Shown piece after piece: positions 41,324 through 50,016 of a DNA stretch of 64,000 nt. Positions within the stretch are counted from its first letter, which is position 1; each line of letters starts with the position of its first letter. The stretch spans positions 11,752 through 75,751 of the forward strand of contig JACQDB010000106.1 of the NCBI GenBank assembly GCA_016201275.1. The letters run 5' to 3'. Source of the DNA: Acidobacteriota bacterium. Lineage in GTDB: Bacteria; Acidobacteriota; Blastocatellia; UBA7656. The translations under genes were made by a program, and so were the position numbers. The notes under the pieces were generated by a model. The model did not search any database, was not told the DNA's origin, and saw nothing but the letters and a program-made list of their open reading frames with translations.

Positions 41324-41398
41324 CAGTGGTAAAACTATCTGCGCCCACAAACAAATGCAAGCGGAATAGTCGGTAGCCCGTAGCCTGTAGTTTTTTCT

Positions 41399-41493
41399 TA
41401 TAGCGGCTTGCAGAGGTGTGCGATGGGTTGAGAAGCGGTCTGTGACCGCCTCTCAACTAGGTGTCGTAGGTCGGGCAAATGAAATTCGCTATA
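41399..41493 (+). mobile_element. MITE/REP-like element, second family, copy 1
   Basis: tatagcggcttgcagaggtgtgcgatgggttgagaagcggtctgtgaccgcctctcaac...gggcaaatgaaattcgctata. It has the same ends and order of blocks as 61124-61240. Confidence 0.6.
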
Positions 41494-41506
41494 CTGCTTT
41501 GCGTCT

Positions 41507-41576
41507 GGATAATGCCTGATGAGTAAAATAGAGAACCCATTGGATAATGCCTGATAAGTAAAGTAGAGAATCCATC
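41507..41576. repeat. 35-bp tandem direct repeat x2
   Basis: ggataatgcctgatgagtaaaatagagaacccatt followed by ggataatgcctgataagtaaagtagagaatccatc. Confidence 0.7.
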
Positions 41577-41595
41577 CGGCTACGGATGGCGGACG

Positions 41596-41636
41596 AAAAA
41601 CACAAAAGCCAAAGAAGCGAAGTTCTTTGGCTTTTA
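41596..41636 (-). terminator. rho-independent terminator of the LuxR-family gene
   Basis: The stem aaagccaaagaa / ttctttggcttt (41605-41616 / 41623-41634) is followed on the minus strand by TTTTGTGTTTTT. It lies 26 nt after the stop at 41662. Confidence 0.7.
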
Positions 41637-41661
41637 TTGGTGCAGCGCTATTGGCAAGGAT

Positions 41662-42273
41662 TTAGAAGGCGTTGTCGAGCAGGCGCGAAGCCAGTTCTGA
41701 ACGTCCGCGCACGCCGGCTTTTTGATAAACTTTGTCCAAGTGTTTGTTGACCGTCTCGACGCTGATCTTGAGAAAGTCGGCGATCTCCAAATTCTTTTTG
41801 CCGCGTAAACATTCAACCGCAACCTGGGCTTCGCGTTCGGTCAGCGACCAGTGCTGGCGCAATTGTTCTTCATAACTCGACCACCGCGAGGCCATGCGTT
41901 TGACGACGCACAGCAGGTAACTCTCTGGTCCGAGCATTCCCTTGGGCATTAAAGAGAAATAGAATTCGTGTTCGACGCGACCGACATTGGCGCTGTAGGC
42001 ACGCGAACTTGCCATCGCCGGATCAAGCAGCAACTCTTGATAAAACTCGGTGGCGAATTCAATCACCCCCGCGACCAGCAAATGCCCTTCGCGGTTGTCC
42101 ACCAGCAACTTGTCAAAGGCGCGATTGCGCCACAGCAATTGTCCGTCGCCGTTCAGTAGCGTTGCCCCTTCATTGATTTCATCCAGTACCGCCGCCAGAC
42201 TGTATAATCTATCGGTGCTTTCCATGAATGAAACTTCTACAGGAACCGTAGTGTAAGATCCTTGCACGAACAT
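41662..42273 (-). CDS. LuxR-family transcriptional regulator (PAS-like N-domain + HTH)
   Basis: The C-terminus LTEREAQVAVECLRGKKNLEIADFLKISVETVNKHLDKVYQKAGVRGRSELA is a LuxR/FixJ-type HTH. The gene is divergent from the EPS operon. Confidence 0.85.
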   Translation of the reverse strand: MFVQGSYTTVPVEVSFMESTDRLYSLAAVLDEINEGATLLNGDGQLLWRNRAFDKLLVDNREGHLLVAGVIEFATEFYQELLLDPAMASSRAYSANVGRVEHEFYFSLMPKGMLGPESYLLCVVKRMASRWSSYEEQLRQHWSLTEREAQVAVECLRGKKNLEIADFLKISVETVNKHLDKVYQKAGVRGRSELASRLLDNAF

Positions 42274-42701
42274 ATAAAATACCCTTTATTTTGTCGCTGA
42301 GGAGTAAGAGACCGAATCCTTCACCTTCGCAAATTCGCCTCAAGCTTTAGTCGTTCGATTTTCTCAGGGGCAGCCGAGCCGGCAACTTTGAAGTGGGTTA
42401 ATTATCAACTCGAACAGTTCATAATTAGGCCAGAAACCAACTACGAGGCGTTTATAAAATAGGGTGGTAGGGATGTCAACACTTAAATTTTCGCTGGTGC
42501 AAATCGTCTTTGCCCTTACCGCAAGAAATCAATCACCATTTTCTGTAAGCCGGTTAGTCCGCCGCGCAGGGCTGGGAAAAGTCTGGAAAGCGACTGCGAT
42601 TCGTGCTTTAACTGAATAGGCGTGACGCCTGGTAGAGCCATAAAAAATCAAGCCTACACCAGCCGCCACCCCAGCACTCCAAAGAGGAACCTTGAGCAAC
42701 T

Positions 42702-44348
42702 ATGGATTCGATAAGACCTCGCAATCTGGCAGAATATCTTGAAGCTTTACGCCGTCACAAATTCGCCATCATTATTCCGGCGCTGGTGGTGATGTTGGCG
42801 GCGCTGGTGGCGATTAAAAAACTGCCGAACATTTATGAATCGTCCACCTTCATTATGGTCGAATCGCCGCCAAGCAATGAGCGCTCATCGGAAACCGCGC
42901 TGCCCGATTTATCGCAACGCCTAGGCAATATTCGCCAGCAAGTCACCAGTCGTTCGCGTCTGGAATCGGTCATACGGAAATTCTCGCTGTTTCAAAAGCA
43001 ACTCGCCAAAGGGGAACGCCTGGACGATCTGCTCGCCGATATGCGCGGGCAAATCGGCATAGATGTCAACGCCAATCAGGAGAGCGCTACCAAAGCCTTC
43101 ACCTTGTCTTACCGCGACCAAGACCCGCAGATGGCGCAACGCATCGCCGCCGAACTTGCCGAACAACTGATTGCCGATAACGTCGAAGCCATGAAGCATC
43201 TGGCTTCGGGGGAAACCGAAATCCTTAATCAACGCGCCGCAGAATTGGCTGACAAACTGCACGACTTGGAATTGAAAAACCCTTGGGTATTGAATCTGCG
43301 CGAAGACGCGCCGGTTATTCCTTATGGCGGCACAGGCGCTGGCAATCGCGGCGCAACGCCGACCACCGTTAATGCGGATGCGGCGCGCAATCAGACCATG
43401 ACGATTGAAGGTTTGCGCGACCAGCAGTACAAACTTGAACAACAACTTGCCGAGCTTGAAAAACGCATAGCCGAATTGCGTCCTGTCGTCGAGCAACAGA
43501 AAAAGGTGTCGCCGCTGTCGGGCAATCCCGCTTACGGCGCGCTCATCGCGCAGCGCGCTCAACTGCAAGGCGAACGCGATAACTTGATCAATCGCCAGGA
43601 ACTGACCGACAAACATCCGCGAGTCCTTGCCGTCAACGACAAGATTGCCGCCATTGATCGGCAGATTGACGAGTTGAAACAACAGAACGCCGGTATGGTG
43701 GCGCAGACGCAAGAGGCCAGAGATTTGCGCCAACTTGAATCCGACCGCAACCGCGTCAAAGCGGATCTGGAAGTCGCACGCCGTGCGGTTGATCGGCAGA
43801 TCGCCAATCCGCCACGCCCTGCGGTGAGCGCCACCGGCGGCACCGCAACTGTGGCCGCCGCGCCGATTCGTGATGCCAACTCGGCGCGCATCGCTCAGGA
43901 TTATCTGGGACTCAAAGCCGACTATAAAGACATCAGCGCGAAAAAACAGGACGCCGAGTTGAAAGAGAAAACTATTGGCAGTTCCAAGGTCGAACAGTAT
44001 CGTGTACTTGATCAGGCCAACTTGCCACAATTGCCGGTGGCACCGAATCGCAAGCTGTTGATGGGCATCGCGTCTTTCTTAGGTTTGGCCGTGGGGATAG
44101 GCTTCGCCTTGGTGCTGGAATTCCGCCGATTCGCGTCGCTACAGGATGTCAAGGATGTTGAGTATTACACACGCTTGCCCATGTTGGTGGCGATACCCAA
44201 AACCCTGACCGCCCAAGAGCGTGCCAGCGCCGCCGGGCGCAAGCGTCGTCGTCTGGCGTTTGGGGCTGCCGCTGCGGTGCTGGCGACGGTGGCGCTGACC
44301 GGCATCTTTCTCTTCACCAACTTGTTTGCGCTGTTGGGGAGAAAATAG
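42702..44348 (+). CDS. polysaccharide chain-length determinant (Wzz/GumC-like, PEP-CTERM-locus type)
   Basis: 548 aa. It has an N-terminal TM helix plus Wzz motif (YLEALRRHKFAIIIPALVVML...YESSTFIMVE), a long coiled coil, and C-terminal TM helices. Confidence 0.8.
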   Translation: MDSIRPRNLAEYLEALRRHKFAIIIPALVVMLAALVAIKKLPNIYESSTFIMVESPPSNERSSETALPDLSQRLGNIRQQVTSRSRLESVIRKFSLFQKQLAKGERLDDLLADMRGQIGIDVNANQESATKAFTLSYRDQDPQMAQRIAAELAEQLIADNVEAMKHLASGETEILNQRAAELADKLHDLELKNPWVLNLREDAPVIPYGGTGAGNRGATPTTVNADAARNQTMTIEGLRDQQYKLEQQLAELEKRIAELRPVVEQQKKVSPLSGNPAYGALIAQRAQLQGERDNLINRQELTDKHPRVLAVNDKIAAIDRQIDELKQQNAGMVAQTQEARDLRQLESDRNRVKADLEVARRAVDRQIANPPRPAVSATGGTATVAAAPIRDANSARIAQDYLGLKADYKDISAKKQDAELKEKTIGSSKVEQYRVLDQANLPQLPVAPNRKLLMGIASFLGLAVGIGFALVLEFRRFASLQDVKDVEYYTRLPMLVAIPKTLTAQERASAAGRKRRRLAFGAAAAVLATVALTGIFLFTNLFALLGRK

Positions 44349-44402
44349 AATTTTGCCCGGATTGACCATTTTATCAGGGTTGGAGAAGTTGAGGAGACAC
44401 GA

Positions 44403-45482
44403 ATGTACAAGCAGTTTTATGGATTACGAGACATCCCCTTCAGTTTAGCGCCCGACCCGAAATATCTGTTTCGCACGGACAGCCTGCTGGAAGTCTTCGC
44501 CACCTTGCAATACGGCATCGAAAGCGGCAAAGGTCTGGTCGTGGTTACCGGCGAAGTCGGCACTGGCAAGACCACCATCTTGCGTTCGATGCTGCAATCG
44601 CTGGATCGTTCGATACTCGCTGCCTATATTTTCAATCCGCTGCTGTCGTCAAAAGATTTTTTCGATATGCTGGCAACCGAGTTTCGCATACCGCCGCAAC
44701 AATCGAAATCCGCTATGCTCAGACGCCTGGGCGAATTGCTGGTCACGCGTTACAAACGCGGTTTAAGCACGGTGCTGGTGATTGACGAAGCGCATTTGTT
44801 GCCGCCGCACCTGTTGGAAGAGATTCGTCTATTGTCGAATTTTGAAACCACTCGCGAAAAACTGTTGCAGATTATTTTATGCGGTCAGCCCGAACTTCAT
44901 ACCTCATTAGGGCAAGCCGATCAACGCCAATTGAAACAGCGCATCAGTTTGAAATGCTCGATTAAAACCTTGGGGTCACGCGAAACCGCCGAATATATAC
45001 GCTGGCGTTTGCGGGTGGCCGGCGCGCAGAACGAAAACTTGTTCGAGCCGGAAACCGTCAAGATGATTCATCAACTGGCTGGCGGCATTCCGCGCATCAT
45101 CAATAATATTTGCGACAACGCCTTGTTGACAGGTTTCAGCGAAGAGAGCCGCATCATCACGCCGGAAATCATTCGTCAGGTCGCCGACGATTTGGACTTA
45201 ACGCCGGTGGAGTACGCGCTCTATCCGACTGCAGCAGAGATTGCTATGGGGGTGAACATCGGCGAGCAGGATATTGAAACCGCCTTCGAGCGTTTCGCCA
45301 GCGACCCTCAAGCACAACCTGCTGCGCCGACCAATGTGCATTACATACGCGATGCCGATAACAATGTCACTGGTCGCGCCGGATGGGATACGGAAAATTC
45401 TTCCAAGGTTGAAAACAATCCTTTGGATGACAGCGAGTGGGACGCGCCGCTGAAGTTTTTCAAGCGCGCACGCCTGCGCTGA
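44403..45482 (+). CDS. ExeA/GspA-like AAA ATPase (PEP-CTERM-locus secretion ATPase type)
   Basis: MYKQFYGLRDIPFSLAPDPKYLF...VVVTGEVGTGKTTILRSML (Walker A) and VLVIDEAHLL (Walker B). Confidence 0.85.
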   Translation: MYKQFYGLRDIPFSLAPDPKYLFRTDSLLEVFATLQYGIESGKGLVVVTGEVGTGKTTILRSMLQSLDRSILAAYIFNPLLSSKDFFDMLATEFRIPPQQSKSAMLRRLGELLVTRYKRGLSTVLVIDEAHLLPPHLLEEIRLLSNFETTREKLLQIILCGQPELHTSLGQADQRQLKQRISLKCSIKTLGSRETAEYIRWRLRVAGAQNENLFEPETVKMIHQLAGGIPRIINNICDNALLTGFSEESRIITPEIIRQVADDLDLTPVEYALYPTAAEIAMGVNIGEQDIETAFERFASDPQAQPAAPTNVHYIRDADNNVTGRAGWDTENSSKVENNPLDDSEWDAPLKFFKRARLR

Positions 45483-45634
45483 GAGCGCCGCGAATTTGGA
45501 TGCAGCGCCGCGTTTGCCGGAGTTCGGCAAAGCGCGTTCATTCCGCAAACGCCGCATAGCGATTCAACCGAAAGCCGCAACGGAAAAAAATAAAAGAAGG
45601 TGCGCCAAACAGTTAACCTGTAAGGTCAGTTTAT

Positions 45635-46717
45635 ATGGGAAGAGTTTATAAAGCATTAGCGAAAAGCTGGAAGGAACAAGCCAACCCGTCGGAGTCGCGG
45701 GAGCCTGAAAAAAACGCTACGCCGCAAGCCGAAGCCAGCCCCTTGCGCCGCGACGAAGCGCCAGATGAAGGGCGTGATGAGCGCCGCGATGAGGTTGTTT
45801 ATGGCTTAGGCATGGTGCGTCAGGAGCGCTTGGTGGTCTTCACCAATCACCCTGCGTCCGCCGATTTTAATTTGGACGAAGAGTTACCGATGCTGCGTGA
45901 CGCCGCCATTGCCCGCGAGTCGCCAATCAACGACTGGTCGTATGAGCCGCGCCGTTTGCAGGTTGCACCCGCGCCCATACCGGCGGCAGTTTTCGTCCAG
46001 CCAAAGACAACGATGGCCGTCAACCCTGCAACCATAGAGCCGCACTTGGTGGCGTTGAATGGCAATGATGCGCTGGCTGCCGAGCGTTATCGCACGCTGG
46101 CCGTGCGCTTGTTGAATCTGGCTTCGCGGCCAGAAAAAAAGTTGAAGACCTTGCTGATTACCAGCGCTCGCCAAAGCGAAGGCAAAACCACTGTGGCCAT
46201 CAATCTTGCCTGGGTGATGGCCAAACCACAGGAACGGCGCGTGCTGTTGATTGATGCCAATGTGCAGAATTCAGCGTTGTGCCAACGACTCGCTCTCAAG
46301 CCCTCAAGCGGCTGGCTTGATGTTATTGAAGAGCGTGTGCAATTTGTTGACGCGGCGATTCGCCTGGACCCCAACGGTCTGTATGTGATGGCGGCGCGCA
46401 CCTTCAATAACGGCGCGGCAACCGCCGACGAATTGACCTCGTCGCGGGTCGAGAAATTGTTTACGGAATTGGAGCAGCATTTCGACTTTATCTTAATTGA
46501 CGCGCCACCGATTGTGGATTCGGCGGACGCGCAACGCATTGCTTCGATAGTGGATGGAACGGTGATGGTCAGTCGCGCCGGACATACGCATCACACGGCA
46601 GTAACCGAAGCTTTGAAACTGGTGCCGAAAGAACGCCGCCTGGGGGTGGTGTTGAACGAAGCGCAAAGCGCCGAAGCCGTCTCCGGCAAAAAGCCTAAGC
46701 GCGCCAAAGCGAATTAG
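45635..46717 (+). CDS. BY-kinase-like P-loop ATPase (CpsD/CapB/EpsG-like), no C-terminal Tyr cluster
   Basis: It has the MGRVYKAL N-terminus typical of EPS-locus kinases, the P-loop ITSARQSEGKTTVAINLA, VLLIDANVQNS and FDFILIDAPP. The last ~40 aa contain no Tyr. Confidence 0.7.
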   Translation: MGRVYKALAKSWKEQANPSESREPEKNATPQAEASPLRRDEAPDEGRDERRDEVVYGLGMVRQERLVVFTNHPASADFNLDEELPMLRDAAIARESPINDWSYEPRRLQVAPAPIPAAVFVQPKTTMAVNPATIEPHLVALNGNDALAAERYRTLAVRLLNLASRPEKKLKTLLITSARQSEGKTTVAINLAWVMAKPQERRVLLIDANVQNSALCQRLALKPSSGWLDVIEERVQFVDAAIRLDPNGLYVMAARTFNNGAATADELTSSRVEKLFTELEQHFDFILIDAPPIVDSADAQRIASIVDGTVMVSRAGHTHHTAVTEALKLVPKERRLGVVLNEAQSAEAVSGKKPKRAKAN

Positions 46718-46869
46718 CTGACCGCTTGCCCTCGCAACGCTTCAGCTACAAGCAGCACCGAACGAACCTGGTAAGGAAGTGGGAAAATGGGTCTTGTAGT
46801 TGACAGGGAATTAGTCCCCGAATCCCCGGTTCACAGTTGTTGGAGTCGCGCAACTGGGGAGGAGATTAA

Positions 46870-48249
46870 ATGAGAAGATTGTTTTTAGTCCTCACGGAAA
46901 ACCTCCTGCTTTTCCTCATCGGAATGCTGGCCGGACCGTTGCGTTATTCCGGTTATACCGTAGCGGAGAGCTTGCAAGCGGGCGGCTGGATGCGACTGGC
47001 ACTGATGGTTGTGGCCATTCAATTGGCGTTTTATCTTTTCGATCTCTATGACCTGCCAGCGACGCGCCGCTATCGCCGTGTATTTGGCAATATTATCAAA
47101 GCGCTTGGGGTCTCGACGCTTTTACTCTCCATTCTTTTTTACGCGGTTCCGAAACTGGCGATTGATCGCAGCATTTTTTTGATTGCCATGGCCATAGATT
47201 TTCTGGCCATAGCCGGTTGGCGTTTACTGGTGGCCTGGAGTTCCGGTCATCCGAATCTGGGCGTGCGTGAGCGCGTCTTAATTTTAGGCTCCGGCACGCA
47301 GGCGGTGGAAACAGCGCGTGCAACCTTGGAACGACGCAACACCGGAATTCACATTGTCGGCTTTGTGGATAACAAGCCGGAATTGGTCGGCAAGAGTTTA
47401 ATCAATCCTTCAGTCATCGGCATCACGGATGACATTGCCAGTCTGGTGTCACGTTACGAAGTTGACCGCATCGTTGTGGCTTTGGAAGACCGGCGCGGAA
47501 CCGGCGTCTTTCCTATCGAAGAGTTGTTGAATCTGAGCCTCAGCGGGCGCGTCGCAGTCGAAGAATGCGCCTGTTATTACGAGCGTTTGACCGGCAAGAT
47601 TGCCACTGAACTGCTCCGCCCTTCGTGGTTGATTTTTTCGCGTGGCAATCGCCTGACCGACATCGCTTATCACATTCGCAGAATCTTGAATCTGGCTTTG
47701 GCGCTGACTGGTTTTGTGCTGGCTTTGCCGATTATGCTGGTCGTCGCTCTGGTCGTGAAATTGGAATCGCGTGGCTCGGTGTTTTATACCCAGGAACGTA
47801 TAGGCAAAAATGGCAAGCACTTCAAGATTATTAAATTCCGTTCTATGAATGCCACCGCCGAAGAGGCGACCGGCCCCGTGTGGGCGGAAAAATCCGACCC
47901 GCGAGTGACCCGCATCGGGCGCATTCTGCGGAAACTGCGGCTTGATGAATTGCCGCAATTTATCAATGTTATTCGTGGCGATATGAACTTCGTCGGACCG
48001 CGTCCCGAACGCCCGGTCTTTGTTGAGCAGTTGAGCGAAGTGATTCCCTATTATCAACAGCGCCATCTTATCAAACCGGGACTGACGGGCTGGGCGCAGA
48101 TTAAATTTCCTTACGCTTCGTCGGTGGAAGATGCCTTTGAAAAATTGCGCTACGATTTGTACTACATCAAAAACCGTTCGTTGTTGCTGGACGCAGTGAT
48201 TATTTTTGAGACCGTGAAAACCGTGTTGTTCGGTCGCGGAGGGCAGTGA
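46870..48249 (+). CDS. undecaprenyl-phosphate sugar phosphotransferase (WbaP/EpsB-type initiating transferase)
   Basis: 459 aa. It has N-terminal TM helices and the C-terminal bacterial sugar transferase domain (KFRSM...DELPQFINVIRGDMNFVGPRPERP...KPGLTGWAQI). Confidence 0.9.
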   Translation: MRRLFLVLTENLLLFLIGMLAGPLRYSGYTVAESLQAGGWMRLALMVVAIQLAFYLFDLYDLPATRRYRRVFGNIIKALGVSTLLLSILFYAVPKLAIDRSIFLIAMAIDFLAIAGWRLLVAWSSGHPNLGVRERVLILGSGTQAVETARATLERRNTGIHIVGFVDNKPELVGKSLINPSVIGITDDIASLVSRYEVDRIVVALEDRRGTGVFPIEELLNLSLSGRVAVEECACYYERLTGKIATELLRPSWLIFSRGNRLTDIAYHIRRILNLALALTGFVLALPIMLVVALVVKLESRGSVFYTQERIGKNGKHFKIIKFRSMNATAEEATGPVWAEKSDPRVTRIGRILRKLRLDELPQFINVIRGDMNFVGPRPERPVFVEQLSEVIPYYQQRHLIKPGLTGWAQIKFPYASSVEDAFEKLRYDLYYIKNRSLLLDAVIIFETVKTVLFGRGGQ

Positions 48250-49121
48250 TGGAAAAGGCAATAGGCAAAAAGCAAAGAGCAAAACGGCGGCGTCAAGGGC
48301 TGGCGCAGAGGTTCAATGGGCGCGTTTTGACGGCAGTTTTTTTATTGCTGGCTTTCAGTGTGGCGGTCGCCGCGCAGTCCTCGTCAACCGTGCAGGCCAA
48401 AAAAGACGACGCCCGTGAAGCCGTCAAAGAAGACAAAGCGAAAGCTTTGGCGAGCGACAAAACGGCTGTGCCGCCAACTGCCGACAGCAGCGCCGAAGAA
48501 GCGGCGATTCAGGCGCAAATCAATTCCGTCTATCAACAGTTTTATAACAGCTATCGCCTGGGGGCGGGTGATGTCGTGGCCATTCACATTGATAAACACC
48601 CCGAAGACTCGGTGGAAAAAACTACGGTGTCGCCAGTCGGGCAGGTCTATTTTCCTTTGCTTGGCAATGTGAGCGTAGCCGGAAAGACGCTGGCGCAACT
48701 ACAGGAAAATTTCACCACGGCGATTTCCGAATACATACGCGAGCCGCGTGTAACGCTCTCGCTGCTGGAATCGAACAGCTCGAAATACGGCATCCTCGGC
48801 GATGTGCGCGAACCCGGCGTCAAAATTATGACGCGACCGTTGCGCGTCTTTGAAGCGATTACGGCAGCGGGCGGCATTACCGATACCGGCAGCGCCTCGA
48901 ACGTCACGGTGTTACGCCAAGACCCTTTTGGCAATGTGCAAACCGTGAAGGTGAATGTCAAAAAGATGATGCAGGGCAAAGCCAGTCCCGAAGATAATTT
49001 TTATCTGCAAACCGGCGACACCATCATCGTACCCGGCAACACTTTCAAAACCATCGGCAAGGTGACCAGCCTGTTGGGGGTTACCGGATTCGTTTCGTTT
49101 TTCATGCGCGGCGGACGTTAA
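48249..49121 (+). CDS. polysaccharide export protein (Wza-like; Poly_export + SLBB)
   Basis: The ATG overlaps the upstream TGA (TGATG). It has a signal peptide and the motifs YRLGAGDVVAIHI and PVGQVYFPLLGNVSVAGKTLAQLQ. Confidence 0.85.
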   Translation: MEKAIGKKQRAKRRRQGLAQRFNGRVLTAVFLLLAFSVAVAAQSSSTVQAKKDDAREAVKEDKAKALASDKTAVPPTADSSAEEAAIQAQINSVYQQFYNSYRLGAGDVVAIHIDKHPEDSVEKTTVSPVGQVYFPLLGNVSVAGKTLAQLQENFTTAISEYIREPRVTLSLLESNSSKYGILGDVREPGVKIMTRPLRVFEAITAAGGITDTGSASNVTVLRQDPFGNVQTVKVNVKKMMQGKASPEDNFYLQTGDTIIVPGNTFKTIGKVTSLLGVTGFVSFFMRGGR

Positions 49122-49365
49122 TCTCCACACGACCGTCCACTAGGCCGTCTTCGCGCCTCTTCAATCAAGGCTGGCGAACGGCGCAGGCGCTTGCGGTTGT
49201 CGCCCTGAGAGCAACTGGGAAACCCCGGTTTTATTGAGTATTTTTCAATTTTCTCAGCACCGAAACGGTTTGCGTCGAGCGCTGACGAGAGGCCAAACAA
49301 TCACCTGTAGAAGGCTCACTGTGACCAAGCCAACAAAAAAAGAAGATAAAAAAGGAACCAAGTCC

Positions 49366-49710
49366 ATGTCTAAGATCAGCTCCCACTTTCTCAATAGCGC
49401 GACCGCCGCAACCCTTTCGGCGACCTCTACGGAAAAAGCGATACGCCGCACGCCCTTGGCCAGTCTCATCGGCGAGCATCTGCAAGCCAAAGGCTTACGG
49501 CAGATTGATTTTTGTCGTCAGACCGGATTCGATCAGGGCTTACTGTCGAAAATTCTTTCATCGGTGGTCAACACTCTCAATGTGGAAACCACCTTAAAAC
49601 TGGCGGAAGGTCTGGACATTCCACCGGTAAAAATTTTTGAAGTAATGGGTAAAAAAGAAGTGGATGATTTGCTGCGCCGCTTCTACTCGCAACCCGATTG
49701 TCAGTATTAA
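49366..49710 (+). CDS. XRE-family helix-turn-helix protein
   Basis: Starts at the ATG at 49366 (MSKISSH...). LIGEHLQAKGLRQIDFCRQTGFDQGLLSKILS fits an HTH_XRE pattern. Confidence 0.6.
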   Translation: MSKISSHFLNSATAATLSATSTEKAIRRTPLASLIGEHLQAKGLRQIDFCRQTGFDQGLLSKILSSVVNTLNVETTLKLAEGLDIPPVKIFEVMGKKEVDDLLRRFYSQPDCQY

Positions 49711-50016
49711 CGCGGCACAAAAAAATGGAGAGGCAACGCTTACGGGTTGCCCTACTCGATTTTCACAACACCCATTCTTTGACCCGCAAGCCGCGTTGCG
49801 ATTGCCGCAGATGGACATCAACGGAAGGGGAAACGCAAGCCTCACGAAATTGCCAAAGCGGAAGCGCGAACCTTACAAAGATTGCCACCCGCGTCGCTAG
49901 TCTGTCGGCGCGAAGATCGTCTTTTCTCCACCCACTTGCAAACGACAAGTAAAGATGACGAGTTGTTTGCCCGTCATTCTCCGAGCATGAAATAATGCCC
50001 CTTCATCAGTTCGCCC

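Noticed and set aside
41505-41520. 'tctggataatgcctga' resembles the TPP riboswitch core GGAUAAUGCC.
   Set aside because: It is part of a 35-bp tandem repeat and is not next to any thi gene. The other TPP aptamer elements are absent. It is most likely coincidence.
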